Source of the DNA: a virus
Lineage: Duplodnaviria; Caudoviricetes
Strand: one strand, 5' to 3'
Length of the DNA: 61,310 nucleotides
Virus record (IMG/VR): IMGVR_UViG_3300032360_000004
Location: 1 to 61,310 of that record
Shown one piece after another: positions 18,501-27,627 of the stretch. Numbering within the stretch: position 1 is the stretch's first letter; each line of letters opens with the position of its first letter. Under the pieces are notes generated by a model that searched no databases, had not been told where the DNA came from, and saw only the letters and a list, made by a program, of their open reading frames with translations. The position numbers were made by a program, and so were the translations under genes.

Positions 18501-18759
18501 GGCTTTAGATATTCCGGTGGAACCCGTGCGTGACCTAACCGTAACCAACACCAGTAAAGGTATTAGTGGCTGGGCCATGGCTGCTGTGGCTGGGTCCATG
18601 CTGCTGGGTGGACTAGGTGGTGGCATGGGGCTGGTTAGTCTGCTCAACAACATACCGCAACCACCAGCAGCTACTACACCCATTGACCCACAACCTCCAC
18701 AGGTTATATACCGGGATAAGCAGGTAGATGTAGAAGTTATTCCTCCACCAGGAAACTAA
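18370..18759 (+). CDS. Single-TM protein with Pro-rich C-terminus (start uncertain, possibly GTG 18415)
   Basis: TM segment WAMAAVAGSMLLGGLGGGMGLVSLL; overlaps the previous ORF in another frame. Confidence 0.55.
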   Translation: MMPSTQNASTNGGNNVPNDYSRNWINFTESILEDQRLNRVAVCKALDIPVEPVRDLTVTNTSKGISGWAMAAVAGSMLLGGLGGGMGLVSLLNNIPQPPAATTPIDPQPPQVIYRDKQVDVEVIPPPGN

Positions 18760-18765
18760 ACCCCC

Positions 18766-19119
18766 ATGTCTGGGATCTACGGCATTAACAAGCTACGCAG
18801 AAAGCTAAAAGCTATGGAGCTTGCGGCTAAGCAGCGGGATGCTATTGACGTGGTGGTGGGATATACCGCTAAGTATGCCGTGTATGTACATGAGAACACA
18901 GAGTCCCGCCACACCGTGGGCCAAGCCAAGTACCTGGAACAGCCTGCCCGTGAAAAGGCGGACGAGCTTGGCAACATTGTGGCCAAGGCTGCCAAGCGGG
19001 GTTTATCATTGGACAAGGGGTTACTACTTGCTGGATTAAAGCTACAGGCAGCAAGCCAAAAGCTGGTACCAGTAGACACCGGCAACCTTAAGGGTAGTGC
19101 CTTTACGAGGAAGGAATAA
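18766..19119 (+). CDS. HK97 gp10-like neck/tail-completion protein
   Basis: VGYTAKYAVYVHE, GQAKYLEQP, PVDTGNLKGS. Confidence 0.8.
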   Translation: MSGIYGINKLRRKLKAMELAAKQRDAIDVVVGYTAKYAVYVHENTESRHTVGQAKYLEQPAREKADELGNIVAKAAKRGLSLDKGLLLAGLKLQAASQKLVPVDTGNLKGSAFTRKE

Positions 19120-19121
19120 CT

Positions 19122-19568
19122 ATGACGGGCACCCTAACACATTCACCGGCAGACATTGTTCGCAGCCTCCTGGTGGACCTAGGTCATGGCACGGTACCCA
19201 GTGCTGGTAGTACGTGGCCCGTGTTTGTTGGTAACGAACCTAACAGCCCTGACGACGCTATAACCGTGTACGATACCACCAGCCGTATGGACGGGCGTAC
19301 ACAGGTAGACGGGCAACAGCACGAGCACCATGGGGTGCAGATCCGTATACGTAACGGTAACCACGTAGACGGGTACACCAAGGCCCGAGCCATAGCTGTA
19401 GCCCTGGACGAAACGGCTTACCAAAATACTGTCACTATTAGTAGCACAAGCTATACGGTACAGTGTGTGAGTCGTGTGGGTGGGGTGATCGCTTTAGGTA
19501 AAGACACCCCTAACACTAGACGAAACCTATTCACCATCAATGCACTGGTGTCAGTGCATACTGACTAA
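19122..19568 (+). CDS. Tail terminator protein
   Basis: EPNSPDDAITVYDT, GVQIRIR, LGKD..RR..FTIN. Confidence 0.75.
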   Translation: MTGTLTHSPADIVRSLLVDLGHGTVPSAGSTWPVFVGNEPNSPDDAITVYDTTSRMDGRTQVDGQQHEHHGVQIRIRNGNHVDGYTKARAIAVALDETAYQNTVTISSTSYTVQCVSRVGGVIALGKDTPNTRRNLFTINALVSVHTD

Positions 19569-19598
19569 CTAACCACACCACACTAAAGGAGCCACCAC

Positions 19599-20075
19599 AT
19601 GGCTGCACCAACACTGACCGCACGAGTTGCCCCTCTTGGCATCGCACTGGCAGACGGCTATTCGACAAAAATCGCTTTCGCGGCTGACTCAGATATTAGT
19701 TTCTGGGAAAAGTCTGTGTCACCACCTAGCCTGGATGGTGGAGATACCATTGAAGTTAGCACGATGCACAACTCCGTATACCGGACATTTGCTGCCCGTG
19801 CTCTTATTACGTTGGGTGAGAGTAGTATAACCGCAGCCTATGACCCGGATGCGTATGACGAGATCATCGGGATCATCAATGTTAATACCTCAGTCACTGT
19901 CCACTTTCCAGATGGTAGTACGCTGACGTTCTGGGGCTACCTGCGTACCTTTGAACCCGGCGACAATACCGAGGGTGAACAGCCCGAGGCTACCATTACC
20001 ATTCAGCCCACCAACGTCGACCCGTCATCCGGCCACGAACATGGACCGGTTATGGTTGAAGTGGCTGGGACATAA
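19599..20075 (+). CDS. Tail tube protein
   Basis: 158 aa; PSLDGGDTIEVSTM, FPDGSTLTFWGY; position in the operon. Confidence 0.8.
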   Translation: MAAPTLTARVAPLGIALADGYSTKIAFAADSDISFWEKSVSPPSLDGGDTIEVSTMHNSVYRTFAARALITLGESSITAAYDPDAYDEIIGIINVNTSVTVHFPDGSTLTFWGYLRTFEPGDNTEGEQPEATITIQPTNVDPSSGHEHGPVMVEVAGT

Positions 20076-20113
20076 CACTACGGGTAAACCCAAACCTTAG
20101 AGGAGCGAGTACG

Positions 20114-20563
20114 ATGAGTAGTAGCAACACCGGTTTAAACTTTTCCAACATTGAACCTATAGAGCTACCGGTAACGGTTGGCGACCACAAGTACACACTA
20201 CGCGAAGCCAGTGGCGGGGCAGCCTGCCGCTATCGTAACGCACTTATAGAGTGTACTAAGCTGGGACCCGAGGGTAAGCCTACGCACCTTAAAGGCATAG
20301 CCAGCATCGAACCGCTGCTGGTTAGCCTGTGCCTGTTTGACATTAAGAACAAACGTGTACCCGTGCAGGTAATCGAGGGTTGGCCTGCACGGGTGCAGAA
20401 GGCACTGTTTAACAAAGCCCAGGAAATTAGTGAGTTAAACGAAGATGATGCGGAAGAAACTGTTGAACAGCTTGAACAAAAACTACAGGCAGCCCGTGCT
20501 AAGGACGATGACCAGTCAGCGGCAAAAAACGAGCCCAGCGGTATACCGGCTGGTTCCGACTAG
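20114..20563 (+). CDS. Tail assembly chaperone (gpG-like)
   Basis: Between the tube and tape measure genes, with a slippery site near its 3' end. Confidence 0.8.
   Translation: MSSSNTGLNFSNIEPIELPVTVGDHKYTLREASGGAACRYRNALIECTKLGPEGKPTHLKGIASIEPLLVSLCLFDIKNKRVPVQVIEGWPARVQKALFNKAQEISELNEDDAEETVEQLEQKLQAARAKDDDQSAAKNEPSGIPAGSD
20524..20530 (+). other. Programmed -1 ribosomal frameshift site A AAA AAC
   Basis: The -1 frame continues ...RAQRYTGWFRLASHLGMPLQQC... into the 20578..20874 frame. Confidence 0.85.
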
Positions 20564-20874
20564 CCAGTCACCTAGGTATGCCGCTACAGCAGTGTATAGA
20601 TGCCCACACCCACAGGCAGTTCCTTACCTGGATGGCATGGCTAGATCATCGGGACACTACGCCAGAACCAACCCAATACTATCTGATGCAGATAGCAGCC
20701 GAGGTACGTCGTGTGCTGGCCAAGAACCCAAACAGCATAAAGCTGGACGACTTCGAACTACAGTTTGGCACAGCTACCCCGCAGATAGCCGACCCCGAAT
20801 TGGATCTTAAACAATCTAAGCACCGGTGGAATACGTTGCTAGGAATAGGATCAAACGATGGCAGCAGAGACTGA
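20530..20874 (+). CDS. Frameshift extension of the tail chaperone (gpT-like)
   Basis: WFRLASHLGM...QFLTWMAW pattern typical of gpT segments. Confidence 0.75.
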   Translation, partial: RAQRYTGWFRLASHLGMPLQQCIDAHTHRQFLTWMAWLDHRDTTPEPTQYYLMQIAAEVRRVLAKNPNSIKLDDFELQFGTATPQIADPELDLKQSKHRWNTLLGIGSNDGSRD

Positions 20875-23800
20875 AGTCGAAAGGCTAGTAGTACGCCTAA
20901 CAGGCGACAGCACTAGCTACCAGCGTATGCTCCGCACGGCAGGAGCAGCTACTAAGCAGGCCACAGCCCAGTTCGCTATGGCGGGTAGGTCTGTGACTGC
21001 TCTGGGTGTGAAGTTGAAGGCACTCGGGGTTAAGATGGCGATGGTAGGGAAGGGCATGAGGAGCATGGGTACCAAGATGGCCGGTGCCCTTACCCTACCT
21101 ATAGCAGTCGTTGCCGGGGCAGGGGTATATGCCTTCGCCAAGTTTGACAAGGCTATGACTGAGTCCACCGCTATAATGAAGGTGACAGCAGAGCAGGCCG
21201 AGAGGATGAGGAAAACCGCCCTGTCCTTAAGCACCGCAGGGGGTGGTACACAGGGGGCAACAGAACTAGCTGAGTCCTATTACTTCTTAGCCTCGGCAGG
21301 TAAGAATGCTGAACAGTCCATGGCTCTGCTGCCAGCGGTTGCCCAGTTTGCTACGGCTGGTGCTTTTGATATGGCTAAGGCCACTGACCTGTTAACCGAT
21401 GCCCAGAGTGCATTAGGTTTGAGCAGTAAGGACGCAGCCAAGGATACGGAAAACCTGACTAGGGTTAGTGATGCACTGGTTAAGTCTGGCACACTAGCCA
21501 ACGCCAGCGTACAGCAGTTTGCAGAAGCCCTAACAGCGGATGCAGCAACTGCGTCCCTGAGCCTAGGACAGAGCCTGGAGAGCACCTTAGCCATACTGGC
21601 CCTGTACGCTGACAAGGGTAAGAAGGCAGCCGAAGCCGGTAACCTGTATGGCCGTGCTACTAGGCTGCTAACCAAGGCTTCCCGTGCTAATGCTGACCAG
21701 TTTAAAAAGCACAACGTCAAGGTTATAGATGCAGCTACCGGGGAATACCGCGACTTCATAGATATCCTGGATGATATGAATGTGGCGTTTAAGGGGATGA
21801 CTGGCCCCCAGCGGGCTGCTGCCCTGGAGCAGATGGGCTTCGCCGCATTGGCCCAGAAATCCATACTGCCCCTGCTAGATTCCACCACGGCACTTAAAGG
21901 TTATAAGAAGGAACTGGAGGGGGCAGGAGGTCAAACCGCTAAGACCGCTACCAAGCAGATGAAGTCCTTTTCCAACCAGCTAAAGGTGTTAAAGAACAGG
22001 CTGGTAAACGTGGGTATTGAGATCGGTAAAGTACTGGCACCCATGATAGAGAAATTAAGCGGTTGGATTTCGAGTGCGGTAAAGTGGTGGAACACTCTTA
22101 ACGCTTCCACTAAAAAGACCATCATTGTAGTAGCCTTGGTGGTAGCGGCTCTTGGTCCGATACTAATAATTGGTGGAATGCTGGTCAGTGCCATCGGTGC
22201 TATTGTCAGTGCCATAGGTAGCGTGATTGCCTTCCTTGGACCGTGGGGTGTGGCAATAGTTGCCCTGATAGGAACCATAGGTGGACTCACTCTTAGCTGG
22301 GATGATGTACTGGGGGCTGTTAAGGGCTTTGTCATGGGAGCTATTGGGTTTGTCATTCACTTTAGAGAGAACATGGGAATACTGTGGAAATGGCTAAAGG
22401 ATAACTGGGGTAAGATATTGCTATGGATGTTCGAGGCTTGGGTGCAGGTCAATCTAAATATGGCCTATAACTTGGGCGTGGGAATCAAGACTCTGGTCCG
22501 GCTGTATGTAGCTTTCCAGGGTTGGCTGTCTGGTATGTTCGAGCGTGCGTTTTCTAAGGAGTTTCTTAAGTGGGTTTTCATAGGCCTCGCGAAAGTGGGC
22601 CAAGCACTTCTCGACTTTGCTGAAGCTGCATGGGAAACTCTAAAGGGTATATTTACTGGGGCAGCCCCCACTATGGGGGACTTTATGGACCAGTTAAAAG
22701 ATGACTTCGATAAAGGTGCGGAGAATATAAACTTCATAGAGACGGCTGGCGATATTATCTCGGAAGAGGCCAAGAACCTTAAAGGTCCTCTAGAAGGTAT
22801 GTGGTCAGACCTGGAAGGTCCTCAGTTCAACCTGGAAACTGGGTTTAATAAAGCTGAGACCAAGAAGGTTGCCAAAGACGTTGCCGAAGATGCTGCCAAA
22901 GCCGTAGAAAAAGCCGTAGATAAGAAAGTTGATAAGGAAATAAAAGCCAACGTCCACTATAGTGTGAGCGGCATAGGGGCAGTGGAAGCAGGTACCGCTG
23001 AAGCCATGGCACGGGTTAGGGAATTCATGTCTCTAAAACCGGATGCCAACCTAGACAAGAAAGCTTCCCTAGAAGCCGCGATAAAAGCCCAAGAAGCACG
23101 CAAAGCACAGGTGCGAGCAGGTGGTGCTGATCCGGGAGCCAAACAGTCGAAGACTATACTAGAGCAGGTCACAGAACCGGGTGGTGTGTTTGGCCCACGC
23201 ATGGGACACGGCAAATGGGATAGTATCCCGGGGAACCCACCCACTGGCATAGCCGCAGAAGCCGCAGCCGCAGCCGCAGCAGCTAGCTCCACTGGCGTAG
23301 GGGAAGCCCATAGGATGTATGGTCCCGCAGCAGGTGCTAAGCGGAAGGCAGAACAGCAAGATGTATACAATAACGATCCGGCCAACATGGTCGGGAAAAT
23401 GATAGACAAAGTAAAAGCAAATCTGCCATTCGCTAGAGCAAAGTTTCCGGGAGAAGATGGTGGCCAGGATGCACCCGTCAATGCGGTTGCTGAGTATCAA
23501 AAGAAGATGGCGGAAATTGAAGCAAAGACGCCATCCGGTATAGGTGCAAAGCTAATGGCGGATGCCGGAACCGCGATGAAAAGTATAGAGGGAGCCGGGG
23601 TTGCGGGACACAAGTTTACTCCTGAACAGTTAGCTGCCCAGAAGACGGTTAGGGGAGGACTACAAGGGGGTGACGGTGCTGGGTTCCTAGGACTAAGCCC
23701 CCAGGAATTCGCAAGAATAGACGCCGAGAATAAGGCAGCCGAAGCAAGTAAAAGGGCAAGAGCCGCTAACCCGTGGTTGGATAAGAGGGTTAAATCCTCA

Positions 23801-23953
23801 GAGTCTGTAATACAGGGAGTCACACCTAAGTCACAAGCACCGAAGCCTGATATGAACCTAGTTAATATATCGTCAGGAATAGATAAGTTGGTGGAGCTTG
23901 CTGAGGAACAGAATAAACTGGAGCCAGTGACCATATCAGGAGCGGGGTTATAA
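20858..23953 (+). CDS. Tape measure protein (TP901-like)
   Basis: 1031 aa, Ala-rich; YFLASAG, QFATAG.FD, TM segments, W-periodic repeats. Confidence 0.93.
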   Translation: MAAETEVERLVVRLTGDSTSYQRMLRTAGAATKQATAQFAMAGRSVTALGVKLKALGVKMAMVGKGMRSMGTKMAGALTLPIAVVAGAGVYAFAKFDKAMTESTAIMKVTAEQAERMRKTALSLSTAGGGTQGATELAESYYFLASAGKNAEQSMALLPAVAQFATAGAFDMAKATDLLTDAQSALGLSSKDAAKDTENLTRVSDALVKSGTLANASVQQFAEALTADAATASLSLGQSLESTLAILALYADKGKKAAEAGNLYGRATRLLTKASRANADQFKKHNVKVIDAATGEYRDFIDILDDMNVAFKGMTGPQRAAALEQMGFAALAQKSILPLLDSTTALKGYKKELEGAGGQTAKTATKQMKSFSNQLKVLKNRLVNVGIEIGKVLAPMIEKLSGWISSAVKWWNTLNASTKKTIIVVALVVAALGPILIIGGMLVSAIGAIVSAIGSVIAFLGPWGVAIVALIGTIGGLTLSWDDVLGAVKGFVMGAIGFVIHFRENMGILWKWLKDNWGKILLWMFEAWVQVNLNMAYNLGVGIKTLVRLYVAFQGWLSGMFERAFSKEFLKWVFIGLAKVGQALLDFAEAAWETLKGIFTGAAPTMGDFMDQLKDDFDKGAENINFIETAGDIISEEAKNLKGPLEGMWSDLEGPQFNLETGFNKAETKKVAKDVAEDAAKAVEKAVDKKVDKEIKANVHYSVSGIGAVEAGTAEAMARVREFMSLKPDANLDKKASLEAAIKAQEARKAQVRAGGADPGAKQSKTILEQVTEPGGVFGPRMGHGKWDSIPGNPPTGIAAEAAAAAAAASSTGVGEAHRMYGPAAGAKRKAEQQDVYNNDPANMVGKMIDKVKANLPFARAKFPGEDGGQDAPVNAVAEYQKKMAEIEAKTPSGIGAKLMADAGTAMKSIEGAGVAGHKFTPEQLAAQKTVRGGLQGGDGAGFLGLSPQEFARIDAENKAAEASKRARAANPWLDKRVKSSESVIQGVTPKSQAPKPDMNLVNISSGIDKLVELAEEQNKLEPVTISGAGL

Positions 23954-23954
23954 T

Positions 23955-24848
23955 ATGGTTGCCACCGTAATGACGGGCCAACGTACCTGGAACCTACGTA
24001 GAGACGATGAGGGGCATCGTGAGTACACCATAGTACACCAAGTGCGTGCCGATGCGTTGGATGGCCCAGCGATTATAATGCAGGCCGGAGGTTTACCGTC
24101 TGTGGGTTCTACCTGGAACTTTGATAACGACGCAGACCCGTGGGCGTTTTGCTACCCCACCATGTCTATAAGCCCAAGGACAAGCAATGAACCCAACACA
24201 CTATGGACGGTGGAGCAGAAGTTTAGCACCAAGCCCCTGAACCGGTGCCAGGACGACAGCATAGATAACCCCCTGGATGAGCCGGACCGCATCAGTGGAG
24301 GCTTTACTAAGCTAACCAAGGAAGCAGATAAGGACCGCCACGGTGATCCTATAAAGAGTAGCAGCCATGAGCAGGTACGAGGTAGTGCCGTACAGCGTGA
24401 CGACAACCGGCCTAACGTAAAGATAGAACGCAACATACCTGCACTACCTTTAGGTACCTTCAGTGAAATGGTGGACACGGTAAACGACGCACCCCTGTGG
24501 GGTGTGAGTGCCCGGTGTATAAAGCTGAGCAACGTAAGCTGGAGCCGTCAACTGTACGGCACCTGTAGTTTTTACTACACCGTGGGTTACGAATTCGATG
24601 TTAACTTTGACACTTTTGATAAGTCACTAATTGACGAAGGAACCATGGTCCTGGACAAGGGGGGTAACAAGGATGACCCGCAGGACTTCATTGTCTATAA
24701 AGATCGCAACGGGGAAAATAGCCGTGTTATCCTAAACGGTAACGGGGCAGCCTGGGACGGTACTGGCACTGATGGTCCCGGCACTATAGAGGTGCAATTC
24801 TATGACGAAAGCAACTTCCTGCTGCTCGGGGTTCCCTCCAGCCTCTAA
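23955..24848 (+). CDS. Tail-tip/distal tail-like protein
   Basis: Immediately after the tape measure gene; beta-rich, 297 aa. Confidence 0.55.
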   Translation: MVATVMTGQRTWNLRRDDEGHREYTIVHQVRADALDGPAIIMQAGGLPSVGSTWNFDNDADPWAFCYPTMSISPRTSNEPNTLWTVEQKFSTKPLNRCQDDSIDNPLDEPDRISGGFTKLTKEADKDRHGDPIKSSSHEQVRGSAVQRDDNRPNVKIERNIPALPLGTFSEMVDTVNDAPLWGVSARCIKLSNVSWSRQLYGTCSFYYTVGYEFDVNFDTFDKSLIDEGTMVLDKGGNKDDPQDFIVYKDRNGENSRVILNGNGAAWDGTGTDGPGTIEVQFYDESNFLLLGVPSSL

Positions 24849-24861
24849 CCTACACCGCTCC

Positions 24862-25365
24862 ATGCCTAATACCCAACACCAACTACATCTACCCATGACG
24901 GTAGACCTTGTACCACCAGAGGAGCGTGGCGTAAAAGATGCTACCCAGTGGTCTGAGGGGCAGGATAGATTAGTGGCCAACGCCACCGTGTACCACCAGC
25001 ACCACGGGGATCAGCCTACTAGTTCCGCCTGTAAGTTTAGCACCGTACTAGACACAGTGGAGCAGCCGTTCACACGACGGGTAAATATAGGTACCGAACC
25101 CGTACCGTTGGAAACTGGTTGGGTGGTGCAGGCTGGGTACGTGCTAATAGAAAACCGCACAGGCCAGCACCCCGAGGTAAACCCCACCCAGGAAGAACGT
25201 GAGACCATAGCCAGTACTGTAGTACGGGTGGCCGTTGGCTCAGACCGGGGGTGGCTCATACACCCTAACCGGTTTATGCTGGCCGAAGTAGAGGATGCCA
25301 GCCTAGTGACCCTCCAGTGTTTACAGGGTACAGCGTTAGTCTATCTAAGTGTGTTTTCCAGGTAG
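24862..25365 (+). CDS. Hypothetical virion protein, similar to 3164..3544
   Basis: AGYVLIENRT vs PGYVVLKNYD, with similar C-terminal strands. Confidence 0.55.
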   Translation: MPNTQHQLHLPMTVDLVPPEERGVKDATQWSEGQDRLVANATVYHQHHGDQPTSSACKFSTVLDTVEQPFTRRVNIGTEPVPLETGWVVQAGYVLIENRTGQHPEVNPTQEERETIASTVVRVAVGSDRGWLIHPNRFMLAEVEDASLVTLQCLQGTALVYLSVFSR

Positions 25366-25374
25366 CCCTTACCC

Positions 25375-27564
25375 ATGGCAGATGCCTACTACCTATCGCC
25401 GGAAGATAAGGCCAAGCTGGAAGTCCTGCTTGCTAAGACCGCTAAACAGCAGGTAAACCCCGGTGGTGCATCTGATGGTCGCAGGCCGCACAGCCAACCA
25501 CCGGAGGTGTATCTGTGCCGGGTGCCGTGTCGTGATAGTATTCCGGCCATGACGGGTGACCAGCCCGGCTATGCAGAGTGCTGTATATTCAAGCTGGAAC
25601 TAAAAACTGACAAGGACGACGACGACCACCTGATCGTCCCTATTAAACACCCAGACGGCACCCACCGAAGGGAGGTGATCTACAATATATATAGTATCGC
25701 TGTACCGGACGATCGTTACTGGCGTATACAGCGTACTAAAGACGGGCGGTGGATAGCAGAGAAACCCGAAGAGGCATTCACCACCCCCGCTCCCGTCACC
25801 ACCACCACCACTGTAGATCCTTCAGCACCCACCACTACTACTCTGCTTCCTGGTCCTTCAGCTAGCCCCTGTTCAGGTACGTGTAAGTGGGTGTGGGATG
25901 ATACTGCTGGTATCTGGAACATAGACACCAATAATTGTGCCGCTGCTCCTACAACTACCAGTACGGGTATACCTACTTCCAGTACTACCGTGGGTCCTAC
26001 TACAACTGCCGGTCCCACCACTACCACCACCTGTGTATGCCCCACCACTACCACTACCTGGAGCCCCACTACTTTACCCCCCACCACCACCCTCGGTCCT
26101 ACTACCACCGGTCCTACCACTACTCAGGCACCTTGTGAATGTAACTATCCAAACTACTGTGGAACCACCGACGGAGAATGTAATGTAACCAGTTGCGTGC
26201 AGGGTAATCCTCAACCACCCCCCTGTATGGCAACTACCCCCGGTCCAACCACCACCACCTGTGACTGTAGCACCAGCACAACATTAGCCGGGGGGCCGAC
26301 ACTTCCACCGGGTAGCACCCTACCTCCTGGTGGTAGTTGTGCTGGCGGATGTGAGTGGGTATTTACCGGCCACTACGGTGGTGGCGGTACCGGGTGGCGG
26401 TTGGTCTCTAATAACTGCGACAGCAGTTGTCCCTGTGGTGTTCCTCCAGTTGGTGGTGACTTCTGCGATACACACAGTGCACCATGTATAACTCAGGGAA
26501 CGCCTGGAACGTGTTCCCCGACCTGCTCTAATACGTGTACCTTCTGGTGGGTGCCCCTTCTAAACAGGTGGGTATGGGTTGATGATAATTGTACCTGGAC
26601 TTGTCTCTACGGTTGGGGTTACTGCTCCTGTCCTTATCCAACTCATAACGGTGGTGCTGACTGTGCCCCTATTACCGTTAACTGTGTAATGCCCACCCCG
26701 CCTACCGTACCACCGGGGACGGGGGGTCCCTGTGGGCACTGCTACACGTCAACCACAAGCACATCCGTTCCAACTACTACCACTCCTGGCCCGTGTGCTT
26801 GGTGTAAGTTTCAGTGGGACACAGTCTCTTCCATATGGACAGTGGCAATAGATAAATGTGGTCCACAATGTAGTTGTATTCAACCGGGATACAGTGGTAC
26901 GGATTCTTGTGAAACAGCGGTCGTAACCTGTGCGACGACCACTACCACCATTGCTCCTAGTACCACTACCACTGCTGACCCCTGCTCAGGTTCAGCCACT
27001 TGGATATGGTGCGAGAACAAATCTAAATACTACCTGTCGTCGATGACCTGTGCAGGTACCGGTGATGCCGGGGCGTGTGGGTCTGCTGCGGCACCCGTTA
27101 TAGGGGACCACCCAAGCAACAACGGTAACTGTATTAGTGGAGCATCCACACACTGTGTTTCCGGGGGAATTATAACTACTGAGCCTCCATGTTCCGGTGA
27201 TTGCACTACCCTGCCCCCAACTACTACCACCCTAGCCCCAACCACCGCAGCACCTACTACAACGGCAGCACCAACGGCAGCACCAACTACAACTACAGCA
27301 GCACCTACAACAACAGCCGCACCGCCCACAACTACAACAGGCGAACCCGATTGCAGTTTGTTTACCAACTGTGTCTATGACTGGGGCTTTAACCCCATGA
27401 CCTTCCAGTACGAATACGGCCCACCGTATGTACCTTCTAACAGTTGTTATAATGAAGTAGGCTGCTGTTGTCCTCCGTTGGAGGGAACAACTGTATACGA
27501 AGGTCCGACAGCTATCAGAGCCTGTGCCTCTGGTGTTTCTGACACTAACGGTGAGTGTATGTAA
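25375..27564 (+). CDS. Mucin-like Thr/Pro-rich and Cys/Trp-repeat tail protein (candidate receptor-binding fibre)
   Basis: Many PTTT(T) runs separate about 6 C-x2-4-C-x-(W/F/Y)-x-W...C..CxC..P...C modules; last structural gene. Confidence 0.75.
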   Translation: MADAYYLSPEDKAKLEVLLAKTAKQQVNPGGASDGRRPHSQPPEVYLCRVPCRDSIPAMTGDQPGYAECCIFKLELKTDKDDDDHLIVPIKHPDGTHRREVIYNIYSIAVPDDRYWRIQRTKDGRWIAEKPEEAFTTPAPVTTTTTVDPSAPTTTTLLPGPSASPCSGTCKWVWDDTAGIWNIDTNNCAAAPTTTSTGIPTSSTTVGPTTTAGPTTTTTCVCPTTTTTWSPTTLPPTTTLGPTTTGPTTTQAPCECNYPNYCGTTDGECNVTSCVQGNPQPPPCMATTPGPTTTTCDCSTSTTLAGGPTLPPGSTLPPGGSCAGGCEWVFTGHYGGGGTGWRLVSNNCDSSCPCGVPPVGGDFCDTHSAPCITQGTPGTCSPTCSNTCTFWWVPLLNRWVWVDDNCTWTCLYGWGYCSCPYPTHNGGADCAPITVNCVMPTPPTVPPGTGGPCGHCYTSTTSTSVPTTTTPGPCAWCKFQWDTVSSIWTVAIDKCGPQCSCIQPGYSGTDSCETAVVTCATTTTTIAPSTTTTADPCSGSATWIWCENKSKYYLSSMTCAGTGDAGACGSAAAPVIGDHPSNNGNCISGASTHCVSGGIITTEPPCSGDCTTLPPTTTTLAPTTAAPTTTAAPTAAPTTTTAAPTTTAAPPTTTTGEPDCSLFTNCVYDWGFNPMTFQYEYGPPYVPSNSCYNEVGCCCPPLEGTTVYEGPTAIRACASGVSDTNGECM

Positions 27565-27627
27565 TAGACGTAGGTCCAACACATTAATACTGCACGCGAA
27601 TTAGGTCTCATACCAGGAGCGAGAAAG

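Noticed and set aside
25780-27340. ACC/ACT tandem-like repeats as a CRISPR array or DGR repeat
   Set aside because: They are Thr codon runs in a coding frame. There is no repeat-spacer structure and no reverse transcriptase.
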